This document shows, in pieces, positions 27,717-37,433 of a stretch of 64,000 nt of DNA. How positions within the stretch are numbered: the stretch's first letter is position 1; each line of letters opens with the position of its first letter. A model generated the notes under the pieces. That model saw only the letters and a list, made by a program, of their open reading frames with translations. It was not told the origin of the DNA and did no database searches. Source of the stretch: a virus; IMG/VR virus record IMGVR_UViG_3300026097_000010, positions 1 through 64,000 of that record; one strand, written 5' to 3'. Both the position numbers and the translations under genes were made by a program.

Positions 27717-28786
27717 TATTGTTCATTCTCCGTTTGAAGCTCTTCGTCATCGACCTCAACAACATCAGCAATATCTGGCTTGTTGACAATATCTCGCATT
27801 ACCATATCGAGTTTTTCGCCAGTCCAGTTTTTACGGTATTCTAAATGTGTCTCTCCATCGAGGTCTGTGTATTTAAGTCGATTTCCATCTTTCTTTAACA
27901 AACCTTTTGCTTCAAACAGATCTACAAGTCCTGAATAAGGATCCATACCTGTTTCGTATGGAATTTTTACCTGTACACTTTCAAACGGTTTTGCATAGCG
28001 TGTTTTCATAACCTTACACGCCGCACGAATACCGTTCACAGTTGTGGTCTTGTTACCGTCTAAGTCTTCTTTTAATTTCAGTTTCTTCATTGCAATCACA
28101 ATAGAACTTGCATACACAAATCCTTGTCCGCCTGAGATTTTGTCATCTGGGTCAAACATATCTTGGCTTGCATATGTGTGGTTAGTACATACCATTCCTA
28201 CATTGTAGCTACCAAACATATTAACACAGTTACGGACAAGTGCTGTAAGTGCTTTAGGCTTACGACCCATATCACCTTTAAGGTCACCTTTGCCAAACTG
28301 ATCAACATCAGTGGGTGTTAATAGCATACCTAAACTGTCAATAACAAACAGAACTTTAGGACGATCTTCTTCCGACATATCTTTGTATTCTTTCATAAAC
28401 TCGGATACAGTTTTTGCTACGTCGTCAATCATTGCCATGTTAAGTTTCAATAACTTATCTTCGCTTGTGTCTACACCTAATGCGTGTAACCATTTTTCAT
28501 CTAGTGCGTTTTCTGAATCAACCAGCACGACGAAAATGCCTTGTTCCTGTGCGGCTTTTACAATATTACCTGAACAAAAATAACTCTTGCCTGAACCGGA
28601 TTCGCCTGCAAAAACTGTTACTTTGCCAAGCGGAACTCCTTTGTGAAAATCGCCACTAACAAGATAGTTCAGTGCGTAATTTCCTGTGCTGACCCAATCT
28701 GTAGGATCATTAAAGCCTACGCCAAGACCGTCAATGCTCTTGGTCAGACTTTTTCTAAACTTTGATAAATCGAATGCTTTTGCCAT
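27716..28786 (-). CDS. uvsX: UvsX/RecA-like recombinase
   Basis: AGESGSGKS, DSENA, VIDSLG, NHTY, SGG. Confidence 0.93.
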   Translation of the reverse strand: MAKAFDLSKFRKSLTKSIDGLGVGFNDPTDWVSTGNYALNYLVSGDFHKGVPLGKVTVFAGESGSGKSYFCSGNIVKAAQEQGIFVVLVDSENALDEKWLHALGVDTSEDKLLKLNMAMIDDVAKTVSEFMKEYKDMSEEDRPKVLFVIDSLGMLLTPTDVDQFGKGDLKGDMGRKPKALTALVRNCVNMFGSYNVGMVCTNHTYASQDMFDPDDKISGGQGFVYASSIVIAMKKLKLKEDLDGNKTTTVNGIRAACKVMKTRYAKPFESVQVKIPYETGMDPYSGLVDLFEAKGLLKKDGNRLKYTDLDGETHLEYRKNWTGEKLDMVMRDIVNKPDIADVVEVDDEELQTENEQ

Positions 28787-28863
28787 TTTATCTCCTAATC
28801 TAAAAGCAGAGTAACCCCCCGATGTGAGCAGACTATGTCCTAGGCTTGGGGGGTATTGTTATT

Positions 28864-29889
28864 TTATTCTTGACCTTTACGGGCACGGATCATTGCTAGA
28901 ATGTCCTGTGCTCGGCCGGCACCTTCTTCACCGTTGTCTGATGATTCTGCTTGTGGAGCAGGTTCTGCCTCTGGCTTAGGATCAGGGTCAAACGGAACAT
29001 CTTCCTTTGTCTCTGGAACGGGTGCTGATTGTGGAGCACTTTGACTTGTAGCTGTTGCCGCTGGGCTTGCTGATACATTAGGATCACCTGTACGTGCCTG
29101 CATACCCGCCGGACGGAAGTATTGACTCCAACGATCTGGATCATATGCTTCGCCATCAACTGATGCTTCGAACATTTCGTGCATTACTTTCATTTCTACA
29201 TCAGTAGGCTTTTTAGGAAGGAAGTCTGAAAGATTGAATAACCCGTGGGCATCAACAGCCGCGGCTTCTTCTTCAGTTAATGCTCGTTCACGACGACTCC
29301 ACTGCGAAGTAGAATAATCTGCATAGCCGCCTTTTGATGTCTTTTTAATACGGAAGTCTACACCACGCATATAATCAGTTGGCAGTTCTTCTAACTCTGG
29401 ATCCATAAGAGCACCTTTGATGATCTGGAAGATCTGAGGTCCAATGATAAATCGACGAATTGGATTTTCTGGAACAGTTTCCTCATTGAGAGGATCTTCT
29501 GCAACAAAGCCTTGGAAGATGTAACTACGCTTTTTCCAATACTTACGGCCCATGTCTTCAAGACTCTTGTCTTTGAACCAGCCACGCACTTCTGAAAGGA
29601 TTGGACAACTTTGTCCGTCGTTGTACATTTCTACACAGGGAATTTGTACCTGTACTGGGCGTGAGTCAGTTTCGCCTTTAATGCCAGCGAATGGCAATTT
29701 AATCATTGCTCGCTCAACCCAAAAGAATGTGTTGTTAGTGTCGCCATCAGGTAAGAAACGGATTACCGATTCTTTGCCTTCTTGCATGTTCCAGTGTGGA
29801 TAAATTGCGTTGTCACCGCCTGTTTGACGATTGCTGCCGGTGTTTTGTGATTCTGCTAGTTTAGCACGAATTTCTGCTAATGATGCCAT
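28864..29889 (-). CDS. Single-stranded DNA-binding protein (gp32-like)
   Basis: IRFLPD, C..CPI, YWKKRSY, G.DF.IKK..KGGYADY..S. Confidence 0.85.
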   Translation of the reverse strand: MASLAEIRAKLAESQNTGSNRQTGGDNAIYPHWNMQEGKESVIRFLPDGDTNNTFFWVERAMIKLPFAGIKGETDSRPVQVQIPCVEMYNDGQSCPILSEVRGWFKDKSLEDMGRKYWKKRSYIFQGFVAEDPLNEETVPENPIRRFIIGPQIFQIIKGALMDPELEELPTDYMRGVDFRIKKTSKGGYADYSTSQWSRRERALTEEEAAAVDAHGLFNLSDFLPKKPTDVEMKVMHEMFEASVDGEAYDPDRWSQYFRPAGMQARTGDPNVSASPAATATSQSAPQSAPVPETKEDVPFDPDPKPEAEPAPQAESSDNGEEGAGRAQDILAMIRARKGQE

Positions 29890-29948
29890 TTTGTAGCCTC
29901 CTATTTGTTTTGCCTTTTAAATGGTATATGCCTAAATGCATAACATAT

Positions 29949-29977
29949 ATTATGCACTTTTTATTTAGCCTTGTCAA
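29949..29977 (-). promoter_or_regulatory. sigma70-type promoter TTGACA-17-CATAAT with TAAATA embedded in the spacer
   Basis: tgtcaa at 29972-29977, attatg at 29949-29954 and tattta at 29962-29967 on +. Confidence 0.72.
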
Positions 29978-30003
29978 CGAAAATAGTATTTTTATGTGTC
30001 CAA

Positions 30004-30031
30004 AATAAAAGGCCCTGTTGGGCCTTTTATT
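30004..30031. terminator. Intrinsic terminator hairpin
   Basis: AATAAAAGGCCC-TGTT-GGGCCTTTTATT directly after the stop of the 858-aa gene. Confidence 0.85.
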
Positions 30032-32606
30032 ATAATCCTGACAGTTTTTGTATTCTTGCCAGTTCTTCTAGTTCTTCTGCACCTTGTTCTTGTGCCGGTG
30101 CCATACGCTCAACCATTTTGCGAGCAACTAGTTCTGCATCTTCGCCAAACTTCTTGCCTACCATAAGAGCGACTCCTTGTGGGCCTTTAGGGAAGGTACC
30201 CGAATCTCTATCATAGCAACTCATTATGAATTCAGCAATACTTTCTAGAGTATGCTCTTCACCATCCGAAGTTTTAAATTTGGTGCCTTTTGGCTTGCCC
30301 TGTGATTTAAGATCTTGAACTTTCTTAGCAAACTCATTGCCTTCAATTTCAACATCGTCCATCATATCATCCATTGGATCGTCGTCATATTCTTGTCTAA
30401 AATCAAAGTCATCATTATCATCTTGGTCAGCTGTGTAATCATCGCCGTAATCATCTGCAATATTATTCATCATTCGATCAAAAATATCTTCATAATCGTC
30501 GTCTGGATGCAACCCGTTGTCTACAGCTACATCATTATACATATCTTCTAGTTCTTTTTGCACTTTAGGACCATATTTGCCCGCCATTGCGTCTTTTATC
30601 ATATCGTAGCCGTCATCGCCACTATCAGCAACTTTTTGTTTGAACTCTTCCGGATCCATTCCTTCTGCAACAGGTTCTTCTACTCCAGCTAGGTTTAGAA
30701 TGCTATCTAATTCTTCACTCATACCTAATTCCTTGTCCAGTGCATCTTTGTAATCTTGGAATTTTCTAGGATCGTTTTTAAACATATCTGTCGTTTTTAT
30801 TATTTTAAGAGTTTCATCGTATCCTTTCTCGTTAACGGCTTTAACTAAAACTTCAACAAACTCTGGATCAGGATATGGTCTTGGTTTTATCTCAATATCG
30901 GACTCATCATCATCGGCTCCCATTCTCTGAGCAAGAGTACCTGCTTTCATTGCTCCGATGCCTGTTCCTATTCCTGCGGCAGCCGCACCTATGCCAGCCT
31001 TGGCTAACATATCTAAGAACTCGCGTCTTGTTGCTTCGTCGAGATCTACATCCAAATCTTCTTCTTGCGGCTCGACTTCGTCAGCACCAACTTTGGGTTG
31101 TGTTTCTTCGTAGTCGCCAAAGTCAAGTTCTTCAACAACTTCGCTGGCATTTTCTTCTAGCCAATCTTTGACCAAACTGCGTACATCTTGACTTGAATCT
31201 TCTTTTGCCATCGTTTTAATTTCTTGTTCTAGTCTTGGATCGTCAATGATGCCTTCTAGACTCTGTATAGCATTAGTACCGTCTACACCTGCTGGAAATT
31301 CTTGGCCTACTAGTTCTTGTAGTTCTGCGATGGCATTCTGTTTTTCTTCATCATCCGACGACTGTATTGCAGATTGCTCGCCAAGTGTCATTGCCCAATC
31401 TTCAAATTTAGCAAAAGGATCGCTTTCGCCCATTGCCTGTTTCATACCTTTTTTAGCAAGTTTCTTGGGTACATTTTTCTTTTTAATAGGATTACCAAAC
31501 TCGTCGGTGTCTGGTGTCGTTTCTTCATCTGGTTCAAATGGTGGTTCGTCTTCTTCTTTTGCTTCTGTTGTCATTGCGACTATGTCGTCGTAGCCTACTT
31601 CATTCTTCTCTTGCATTAATCTGTATAATACTGGGAACACTGAAGTAATATCTTCCTTGAAACTTTTTACAGTAAACTGGTCTTTTAGTTGTTCCATCAT
31701 TTCTTCTGGAACTTCTGGTTGTTCGATTGCCTGGAAGTTTTCAACAAACGCCTCGTAGTGCTTTTGCTTGCCTAATCTTGCTACTTGAGATTTTAACTGT
31801 TCTAATTGAGCGGTACTACGTTCGACCACAGTGTTGTTGTCGGAGTTCATTAGGTCGTTGCGTACCACATAGTTTTTAAAACTTTTTAACTGAGCAATTT
31901 CTTCACTCATTTTGATAATACTAGAACCGATATCATCGTAAGGAACACCACCGTTGGCAACGTGTCTTTGCATTGCTCTAGCACCTGCTAGATGAATAAA
32001 CGGATATTTGAATCTTTCACCTTCACAGTTTTCAACGAACAGTGCAGAAATATTTCTGGTTCTTGCTCCTGGTGTGGCATCATCCATAACAGTCTTGCTG
32101 TGCTTAATGATTAGCCTGGTATCTTCTAGCTTTTGGAAACTCTGTGTTCTAGTTCCGTACATGTTACTTTCATTCATTATTCCTTCTCCGACGGGTGTTG
32201 TAACTGAATCTGGTGTGGTTGGTTTAGGAGTTGCATACTGACTTAAAAATGCATAATCTCTTCTATCCAAATTATCTTTTGCGATGTCTCTAGTATCAAA
32301 TGCTAACAGTCTACGTTTGGCAAATTGACGCAACTCTTTTAAAAACTTATACCAATTGTTTTTTTGACCATCATCCATACCTTCGGTAATGCCAGTAGAA
32401 AAATAAACCTTCATCGAATTAGGTTCTGCAAGACTTACTGTGATATGTCCGATGGGATTTTCTCCTTCGGTATAGTTAAAATCAAAGAATCTTGCATCTT
32501 CTGGATTAATGGTAATCTGGCTGGTTTCGTCGCCAAGTTTAAGACCAGAAAATCTACTTCTGATCTTGTAAAATAAATCTGTTGCTATATTATTGGTTGC
32601 ATCCAT
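30030..32606 (-). CDS. Large acidic virion/prohead-core-like protein
   Basis: 858 aa, very D/E-rich; many (L/V/M)xE-G/S sites; repeated ELxxIxxLxG(L/V); follows terminase; late motif upstream. Confidence 0.55.
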   Translation of the reverse strand: MDATNNIATDLFYKIRSRFSGLKLGDETSQITINPEDARFFDFNYTEGENPIGHITVSLAEPNSMKVYFSTGITEGMDDGQKNNWYKFLKELRQFAKRRLLAFDTRDIAKDNLDRRDYAFLSQYATPKPTTPDSVTTPVGEGIMNESNMYGTRTQSFQKLEDTRLIIKHSKTVMDDATPGARTRNISALFVENCEGERFKYPFIHLAGARAMQRHVANGGVPYDDIGSSIIKMSEEIAQLKSFKNYVVRNDLMNSDNNTVVERSTAQLEQLKSQVARLGKQKHYEAFVENFQAIEQPEVPEEMMEQLKDQFTVKSFKEDITSVFPVLYRLMQEKNEVGYDDIVAMTTEAKEEDEPPFEPDEETTPDTDEFGNPIKKKNVPKKLAKKGMKQAMGESDPFAKFEDWAMTLGEQSAIQSSDDEEKQNAIAELQELVGQEFPAGVDGTNAIQSLEGIIDDPRLEQEIKTMAKEDSSQDVRSLVKDWLEENASEVVEELDFGDYEETQPKVGADEVEPQEEDLDVDLDEATRREFLDMLAKAGIGAAAAGIGTGIGAMKAGTLAQRMGADDDESDIEIKPRPYPDPEFVEVLVKAVNEKGYDETLKIIKTTDMFKNDPRKFQDYKDALDKELGMSEELDSILNLAGVEEPVAEGMDPEEFKQKVADSGDDGYDMIKDAMAGKYGPKVQKELEDMYNDVAVDNGLHPDDDYEDIFDRMMNNIADDYGDDYTADQDDNDDFDFRQEYDDDPMDDMMDDVEIEGNEFAKKVQDLKSQGKPKGTKFKTSDGEEHTLESIAEFIMSCYDRDSGTFPKGPQGVALMVGKKFGEDAELVARKMVERMAPAQEQGAEELEELARIQKLSGL

Positions 32607-32619
32607 AGTATTGTATTTA

Positions 32620-34206
32620 TCAGAGTATGCCGCTTACAAAGATAGGCATTGGCATCTCTTCTTCTGATACTTTTTCTGTCATCTTTTCGTAAATCTTGGG
32701 ATCCCAGTCCGCTAACACATCTGCCATTCTGATCACAATTAACAGAGATGCAACCAAGTCGTCGTGTTCTCCACTCTTGGCACCGAAGCCAGTGCCTTGG
32801 GCAACAAACGTTTTAAACTCTGATATCAAAGGCTTTGAATGCACGATCATTTTGCGAGTTTCTAATAGATTCTTAAGTTTTGAACAGGCTGTGATTTTTG
32901 CCTTGTGTGTGGTATTAAATCCTTTGCGGTAACGTCTAACGTGACCTCTGCGAATCGGTTCGCTAATAAACAGTCCGTGAAAGTTTTCTTCACCGATGTC
33001 TGCAATAACTACCAATGCCGCTTCACCTAGTGTATTGTTTTCTACTGAGTAATAGATCTGTGGGGGACTGCCTTTTTCTTCACCTTGTTCGTGAATAAAT
33101 TTAAGGATTTCTCGCATTGTTTTTACCTGTTGCTGAACAGGAGTAGTGTTCGATCTCCACTCGCCGACTTGTTCCATACTAGGCATTTCGAATACCTGAA
33201 TAGCTCCGTAGTCGCCGCCGGTACCTAGACTAGGATCTAGTGCCACCATGTATGTTGCTTTGGGATTAATATCTTTGTACCAGCGAGTCTGTCCCATTGA
33301 TAAGATAGGATCTTTACCCTCTAGTTCAGCTAACTTAACAGCATTGATGAGTGTTTCGTCAAAGATCAAAAACTCACAGTCAAATTCTCGACGGAATCGT
33401 TCTTCACCAATTTTTGCTTTTTCTGTTGCGGCCCAGGATTCATTACGATCTGGATGTCTGTCCCAATGTGCAAAAAACGGATAAAACCCATTAGTGCCTA
33501 CTTCTTGATCATTACCAAACTCGTCAAACTTTTTATTAGCTTCAGTCCAAATCATAGCAAACTGATCTTCATCCGAGTTAGGTGTTGAAGTTACAATACA
33601 CTTACCACCTGTTGACAGCGTAGGTGAAAGTGCTGTCCAGAATTCTTTGGCTTTTTCAGGAGGTTGCACAAATGCAAACTCATCACAATAAATCAATGAT
33701 AGAGATTTACCACGTCCAGTATCTTCTGTTGTTGTAGTTGCTTGTACACGACTACCGTTGTCGAATTCAATTGTATTCCTGTTATACGAATATACACCTG
33801 CTCTAATAAAATCAGGCAACGACTCGTAACCGTATCTGAAACGATTCATAATATCCTGGGCACCTGTGTATTTGTGTGCGGCAATTAAAATCTGTGCTTC
33901 GGGTGTAAACATCGAATACCAAAGCAAATAACCTGCGGCACACGTAGTCTTACCCATCTGGCGAGGTAACATTGCTACAGTATAACGATAATCATGATAT
34001 GCTTTTAACATTTCTTCCTGATATTCGTAAGGAACAAATGGCATACTACCTTTAGTGGGGTGCTGAATTTGAAGAAATGTTTTACAAAAATATAAAGGAC
34101 CGTCGACGGGATCCATACATTTTTCTAAATGTTCAACTTCTTCTAGTGTGTATTTTTGTGGCGTATGAGCCTTTTTAATCTGAACGCCGTCAAGTGATTT
34201 ACTCAT
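32620..34206 (-). CDS. terL: Terminase large subunit (gp17-like)
   Basis: YEYQ, PRQMGKT, GRGKS..YCDEFAF, TSTPN, DPSLG.GGDY, HDDLV; probable start MSKSLDG (34206). Confidence 0.95.
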   Translation of the reverse strand: MSKSLDGVQIKKAHTPQKYTLEEVEHLEKCMDPVDGPLYFCKTFLQIQHPTKGSMPFVPYEYQEEMLKAYHDYRYTVAMLPRQMGKTTCAAGYLLWYSMFTPEAQILIAAHKYTGAQDIMNRFRYGYESLPDFIRAGVYSYNRNTIEFDNGSRVQATTTTEDTGRGKSLSLIYCDEFAFVQPPEKAKEFWTALSPTLSTGGKCIVTSTPNSDEDQFAMIWTEANKKFDEFGNDQEVGTNGFYPFFAHWDRHPDRNESWAATEKAKIGEERFRREFDCEFLIFDETLINAVKLAELEGKDPILSMGQTRWYKDINPKATYMVALDPSLGTGGDYGAIQVFEMPSMEQVGEWRSNTTPVQQQVKTMREILKFIHEQGEEKGSPPQIYYSVENNTLGEAALVVIADIGEENFHGLFISEPIRRGHVRRYRKGFNTTHKAKITACSKLKNLLETRKMIVHSKPLISEFKTFVAQGTGFGAKSGEHDDLVASLLIVIRMADVLADWDPKIYEKMTEKVSEEEMPMPIFVSGIL

Positions 34207-34220
34207 ACTTTTACTTATCC

Positions 34221-34247
34221 AAAAAAATAGGGCCAAAAGGCCCTATT
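34221..34247 (-). terminator. Intrinsic terminator
   Basis: AATAGGGCC-TTTT-GGCCCTATT followed by a T-run on -. Confidence 0.82.
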
Positions 34248-34261
34248 GATTTTATTAAAAT

Positions 34262-34720
34262 TTATGCTAGATTTAAACTAGTCTTTACTGTACAAGTTAC
34301 ACCTGTATAGTCAATTTGATTCGGCGTGCCGCCGCTCTGATCGCCTAGTGCAATAATTTCATCTTCGATTTGTTCTACTAGAGTTTCTGCACCGTTACCA
34401 TCCCAATCGAGACTCTGGTTGGTTGTTTCAACAGCAAAGGTCATTACCTGGCTCGTGCTATGCAAATCGCCGCGAATAACGATTGTGGCATATTCCTGTA
34501 CTTTTTCGATACAAACATTAATTGCTTCTTCTGGATTTAACTGGGCACTAACATCCGTACCAAAATCTAATTCAAAGAAGACCAATGGCTTATTACCGTT
34601 GTAAAGAGGTATTTCTAAATCCAAAGATGCAGGACCTGTTCCGCCAACGTGGTATTGTGGATTTCTTTTTACTAGTTCTGAGCTACCACCGCCAATTGTT
34701 GCAGTTGTTAAATCTGCCAT
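34262..34720 (-). CDS. Hypothetical virion protein
   Basis: 152-aa acidic ORF within the head gene run. Confidence 0.6.
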   Translation of the reverse strand: MADLTTATIGGGSSELVKRNPQYHVGGTGPASLDLEIPLYNGNKPLVFFELDFGTDVSAQLNPEEAINVCIEKVQEYATIVIRGDLHSTSQVMTFAVETTNQSLDWDGNGAETLVEQIEDEIIALGDQSGGTPNQIDYTGVTCTVKTSLNLA

Positions 34721-34722
34721 TC

Positions 34723-35553
34723 TTATTCCCCTTTGTACTGTGCTAGTCTCTGTGCTAGCTCTTCTTTAATTTGTGAGCGGAGATCCTTTTCTTCGCTCTC
34801 GTGATGTGCTACCTTTTGCATAGGATTGTCACCTTTAGAAACATTTGAATGTGTTCCTTTAGGACGGTTCATACCACCTGCTAGTGTGTTAAGAATATAA
34901 TCTACATCATCATATTCTTCGTTTGGTTCGTTTTCGTATGCTTCGTCTTGCTTGTTTAACTGAGCACGAATCTTACGGAACATTTCTTCTTCTCGACCTA
35001 TTTCCATACTGCTTCCGCCAAAATCAACTGCCATCTTATTCAATTCTGCATCACTGGCATTTTTGATTTGATCTAACATTTCTTTGCTAAACTTGCTGAG
35101 ATCGATGTCAGCCTCGTCTTGCTTGCCTTGCAGTGATGCATTTTCTTTTTTATGATCGTCCATATCGTGATCTAGATCACCGTCTTTGTCTAGAGTCTTA
35201 ACAATCATGTGATCTTTATCGTGTTTTGGAGGAAGATCATCGCCATCGTCATCACCTAGATCGGGAAGCATTTTTAAAGGAGCAATCATTGGCTTATCCA
35301 TTGGGCCGTCCATTTCAGGCTTTAAAGACATAGGCACAGTGTCTTTCTGATTGATCATATCAGGGTTGACCTTGGTCATTAATTTTAATACATCTTCAAT
35401 AGCATCACCTTCGGCACTAATGTTAACACTCATTCTCGCTTTATCTTCAGGTTGCGGAGCAGGCGGTGCCGGAGGCATATCACCAAAACCTTCTTCTACA
35501 GGCTGATTGTTAATAGCCTCTAACTTGTTAATTAAATCTTGTAAACCGTGCAT
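34723..35553 (-). CDS. Acidic internal-head/core-like protein
   Basis: N-terminal MHGLQDLINKLEAI..VEEG; low complexity; C-terminal amphipathic helix. Confidence 0.5.
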   Translation of the reverse strand: MHGLQDLINKLEAINNQPVEEGFGDMPPAPPAPQPEDKARMSVNISAEGDAIEDVLKLMTKVNPDMINQKDTVPMSLKPEMDGPMDKPMIAPLKMLPDLGDDDGDDLPPKHDKDHMIVKTLDKDGDLDHDMDDHKKENASLQGKQDEADIDLSKFSKEMLDQIKNASDAELNKMAVDFGGSSMEIGREEEMFRKIRAQLNKQDEAYENEPNEEYDDVDYILNTLAGGMNRPKGTHSNVSKGDNPMQKVAHHESEEKDLRSQIKEELAQRLAQYKGE

Positions 35554-35555
35554 TG

Positions 35556-36128
35556 TTAACTCCCGACAGGGCTGTCTTTCCCTGTCTTTCCTTCTTTTGC
35601 TGTTGTTTCTAAAACATCTAAGTCAGTGTTGTCCTGGCCTAGTTCTTTTTTACGTTCTTGTGCTGCCTTTGCTAGGTCTGCTAAAAATCCTTTGTTAAAT
35701 TCGTCACCAAAATAATCTTTGTGTTCTACATCCGGCGACTCTGCATAAGTTTCGTCTGTTAACAATGAACCTTCACGCTGATCGTCCATAAGTTCTTGAT
35801 CGATTTCGCTAGGCTCTAAGCTGCCTCTGACTTTGAATTTAGAAGGTGCAACACCCATTTCTAGAATTTCTTGATGAATTTCAGGGCTAGTAATAGGATA
35901 TTCACACACTAAATCAAACACTGTTACTTCAGCGTTTCTGGCTTCTGGAAAATCTAAAGGAGCTTCTTGAATAGGAGTTGTTTTGATTTTATCAAACGTT
36001 ACAATTCCACAACGATCAACGCGAGTTTTTAGATCTTCTTGAAAGTTTTCTGGGACTTCGCCAGCAACTTTGATCTTGAAACCATAAACTTTTGTGCTTT
36101 CTGTTAAGTATTCTTTAAAGGTTTTCAT
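35556..36128 (-). CDS. Putative internal head protein with T4-type capsid-targeting sequence
   Basis: N-terminus MKTFKEYLTE resembles the T4 internal-protein CTS MKTYQEFIAE. Confidence 0.6.
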   Translation of the reverse strand: MKTFKEYLTESTKVYGFKIKVAGEVPENFQEDLKTRVDRCGIVTFDKIKTTPIQEAPLDFPEARNAEVTVFDLVCEYPITSPEIHQEILEMGVAPSKFKVRGSLEPSEIDQELMDDQREGSLLTDETYAESPDVEHKDYFGDEFNKGFLADLAKAAQERKKELGQDNTDLDVLETTAKEGKTGKDSPVGS

Positions 36129-36136
36129 ATGTGTAT

Positions 36137-36619
36137 TTATTCCTTTTTGCCCAATTTCTTCAATAACTCGTTGCGGTCAGAAATAATATATCCTGAACCG
36201 TTTACAACTTCGCCTTCTGCTTCGGGCATATCCTTGTCAATTTTATATTTTTTCATTTGTAAATCTACGGCCTTTAGCTTTTTATCAATTTTTGCTGTTT
36301 TAGCATCTATGGCATTTTTCATCATAGAGCTAGCAACTTCAAAAATTCTGCCGCTGTATCTTACTTCTACATTCATTCCGAGATCCATCAAATCGTCGTA
36401 GGCTTGTTCTGCTTTTGATGCTAGCGAGTCTAGTTCATTGTCAGATGCATCGTCTAGTTCGGGGATTTCTGGAAGAGATTTTGTGATATCTTTAACCGCT
36501 TCGAAGCTGTCATCAAGACTTTTAACCTGTTCGTGTGCGGGAACTTCAGGTTCAACCACTTCGGGCTCAACCTTGTTTTGTTCTTCTAAATTAAACAGTT
36601 CTTCTAGTTTTTTGGTCAT
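36137..36619 (-). CDS. Terminase small subunit (gp16-like)
   Basis: Helical core ..GRIFEVASSMMK.., C-terminal DRNELLKKL; size and position. Confidence 0.6.
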   Translation of the reverse strand: MTKKLEELFNLEEQNKVEPEVVEPEVPAHEQVKSLDDSFEAVKDITKSLPEIPELDDASDNELDSLASKAEQAYDDLMDLGMNVEVRYSGRIFEVASSMMKNAIDAKTAKIDKKLKAVDLQMKKYKIDKDMPEAEGEVVNGSGYIISDRNELLKKLGKKE

Positions 36620-36627
36620 ACTATTAC

Positions 36628-37068
36628 TTATCTACGTTTTTTACCGTTATGGAAAATATCTTCTTCGGTTACAACTCTAAATTTAATTCGTTTTTGTTTA
36701 CACCAGGCAGTTGCTGCCTCCCATTTCGCAAGATTTTTCACATACTGTTCTTGATTATATCCGCTTTTGCCAACACGCTCTCTCAACGTGTGATTGGTAG
36801 GCTTTACTTCTATCAGTTCTGCGTTTTTCTTTCCGTTTTTGTCTTGATATACGATAAAAAAATCTGGTACATATATCGTGGATTTACCTGTTAACGGATC
36901 TCTATATGGTATCTGTATACTTTCACTGGCCCAAGATTCCACACCGGGATGCTCGTCTAGCATTTTCATAAACACAAACTCCCAACTGCTTCTAGCGTGT
37001 GGAGATTTTTTACCCACGTATTTACTGGGGTTTTTTGGTTCAAATCTTCCTTGGGCAAATCTTGGCAT
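36628..37068 (-). CDS. Head completion nuclease (gp4-like, TnsA-like PD-(D/E)xK fold)
   Basis: GRFEPKNPSKY.G, RSSWE, WASE..IPY, YVPDF, IEVKP, KWEAA..F.VVTE. Confidence 0.88.
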   Translation of the reverse strand: MPRFAQGRFEPKNPSKYVGKKSPHARSSWEFVFMKMLDEHPGVESWASESIQIPYRDPLTGKSTIYVPDFFIVYQDKNGKKNAELIEVKPTNHTLRERVGKSGYNQEQYVKNLAKWEAATAWCKQKRIKFRVVTEEDIFHNGKKRR

Positions 37069-37433
37069 TAGGCTAAAATATTCCTTAACTTAGAAGTTTG
37101 AGGGACATCTACTTTAAATCCTAATGTCGATGTAGGCACTCTGTTATTATTTAAAATTTCACCGACTAGTGTACTAATCTGTAATGTTTGTAGATTTTTT
37201 AAGCCGTCGAGAACTTCAAAAATAGAAATTCCTTCTAATTTGGCTTGCTTTAGAAGAGTTATGGCGGTCACTTGACTTGCGTCTTCGTCAAACCCTGCTT
37301 TTTTGAAAAAGTTTACAGCAGCATTTACATCTGCAGCTGGAAACTGTAAAGGTTCTTTTCCGTAGCTGTCGAAAAATAATTTTGTTCCGGCGGCGCTGTC
37401 ATCTAGTTGTTTGGGTGGTAAATTTGTTGACAT
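37068..37433 (-). CDS. Hypothetical protein
   Basis: 121-aa ORF coupled by TAATG on both sides. Confidence 0.7.
   Translation of the reverse strand: MSTNLPPKQLDDSAAGTKLFFDSYGKEPLQFPAADVNAAVNFFKKAGFDEDASQVTAITLLKQAKLEGISIFEVLDGLKNLQTLQISTLVGEILNNNRVPTSTLGFKVDVPQTSKLRNILA

Noticed and set aside
15213-34206. Inteins or introns in uvsW, uvsX or terminase
   Set aside because: Lengths are normal, motifs are contiguous, and no splicing signatures are visible.
36628-37068. TnsA / Tn7-like transposon
   Set aside because: Motifs and context match T4 gp4 head-completion protein; no TnsB/TnsC or terminal repeats are present.
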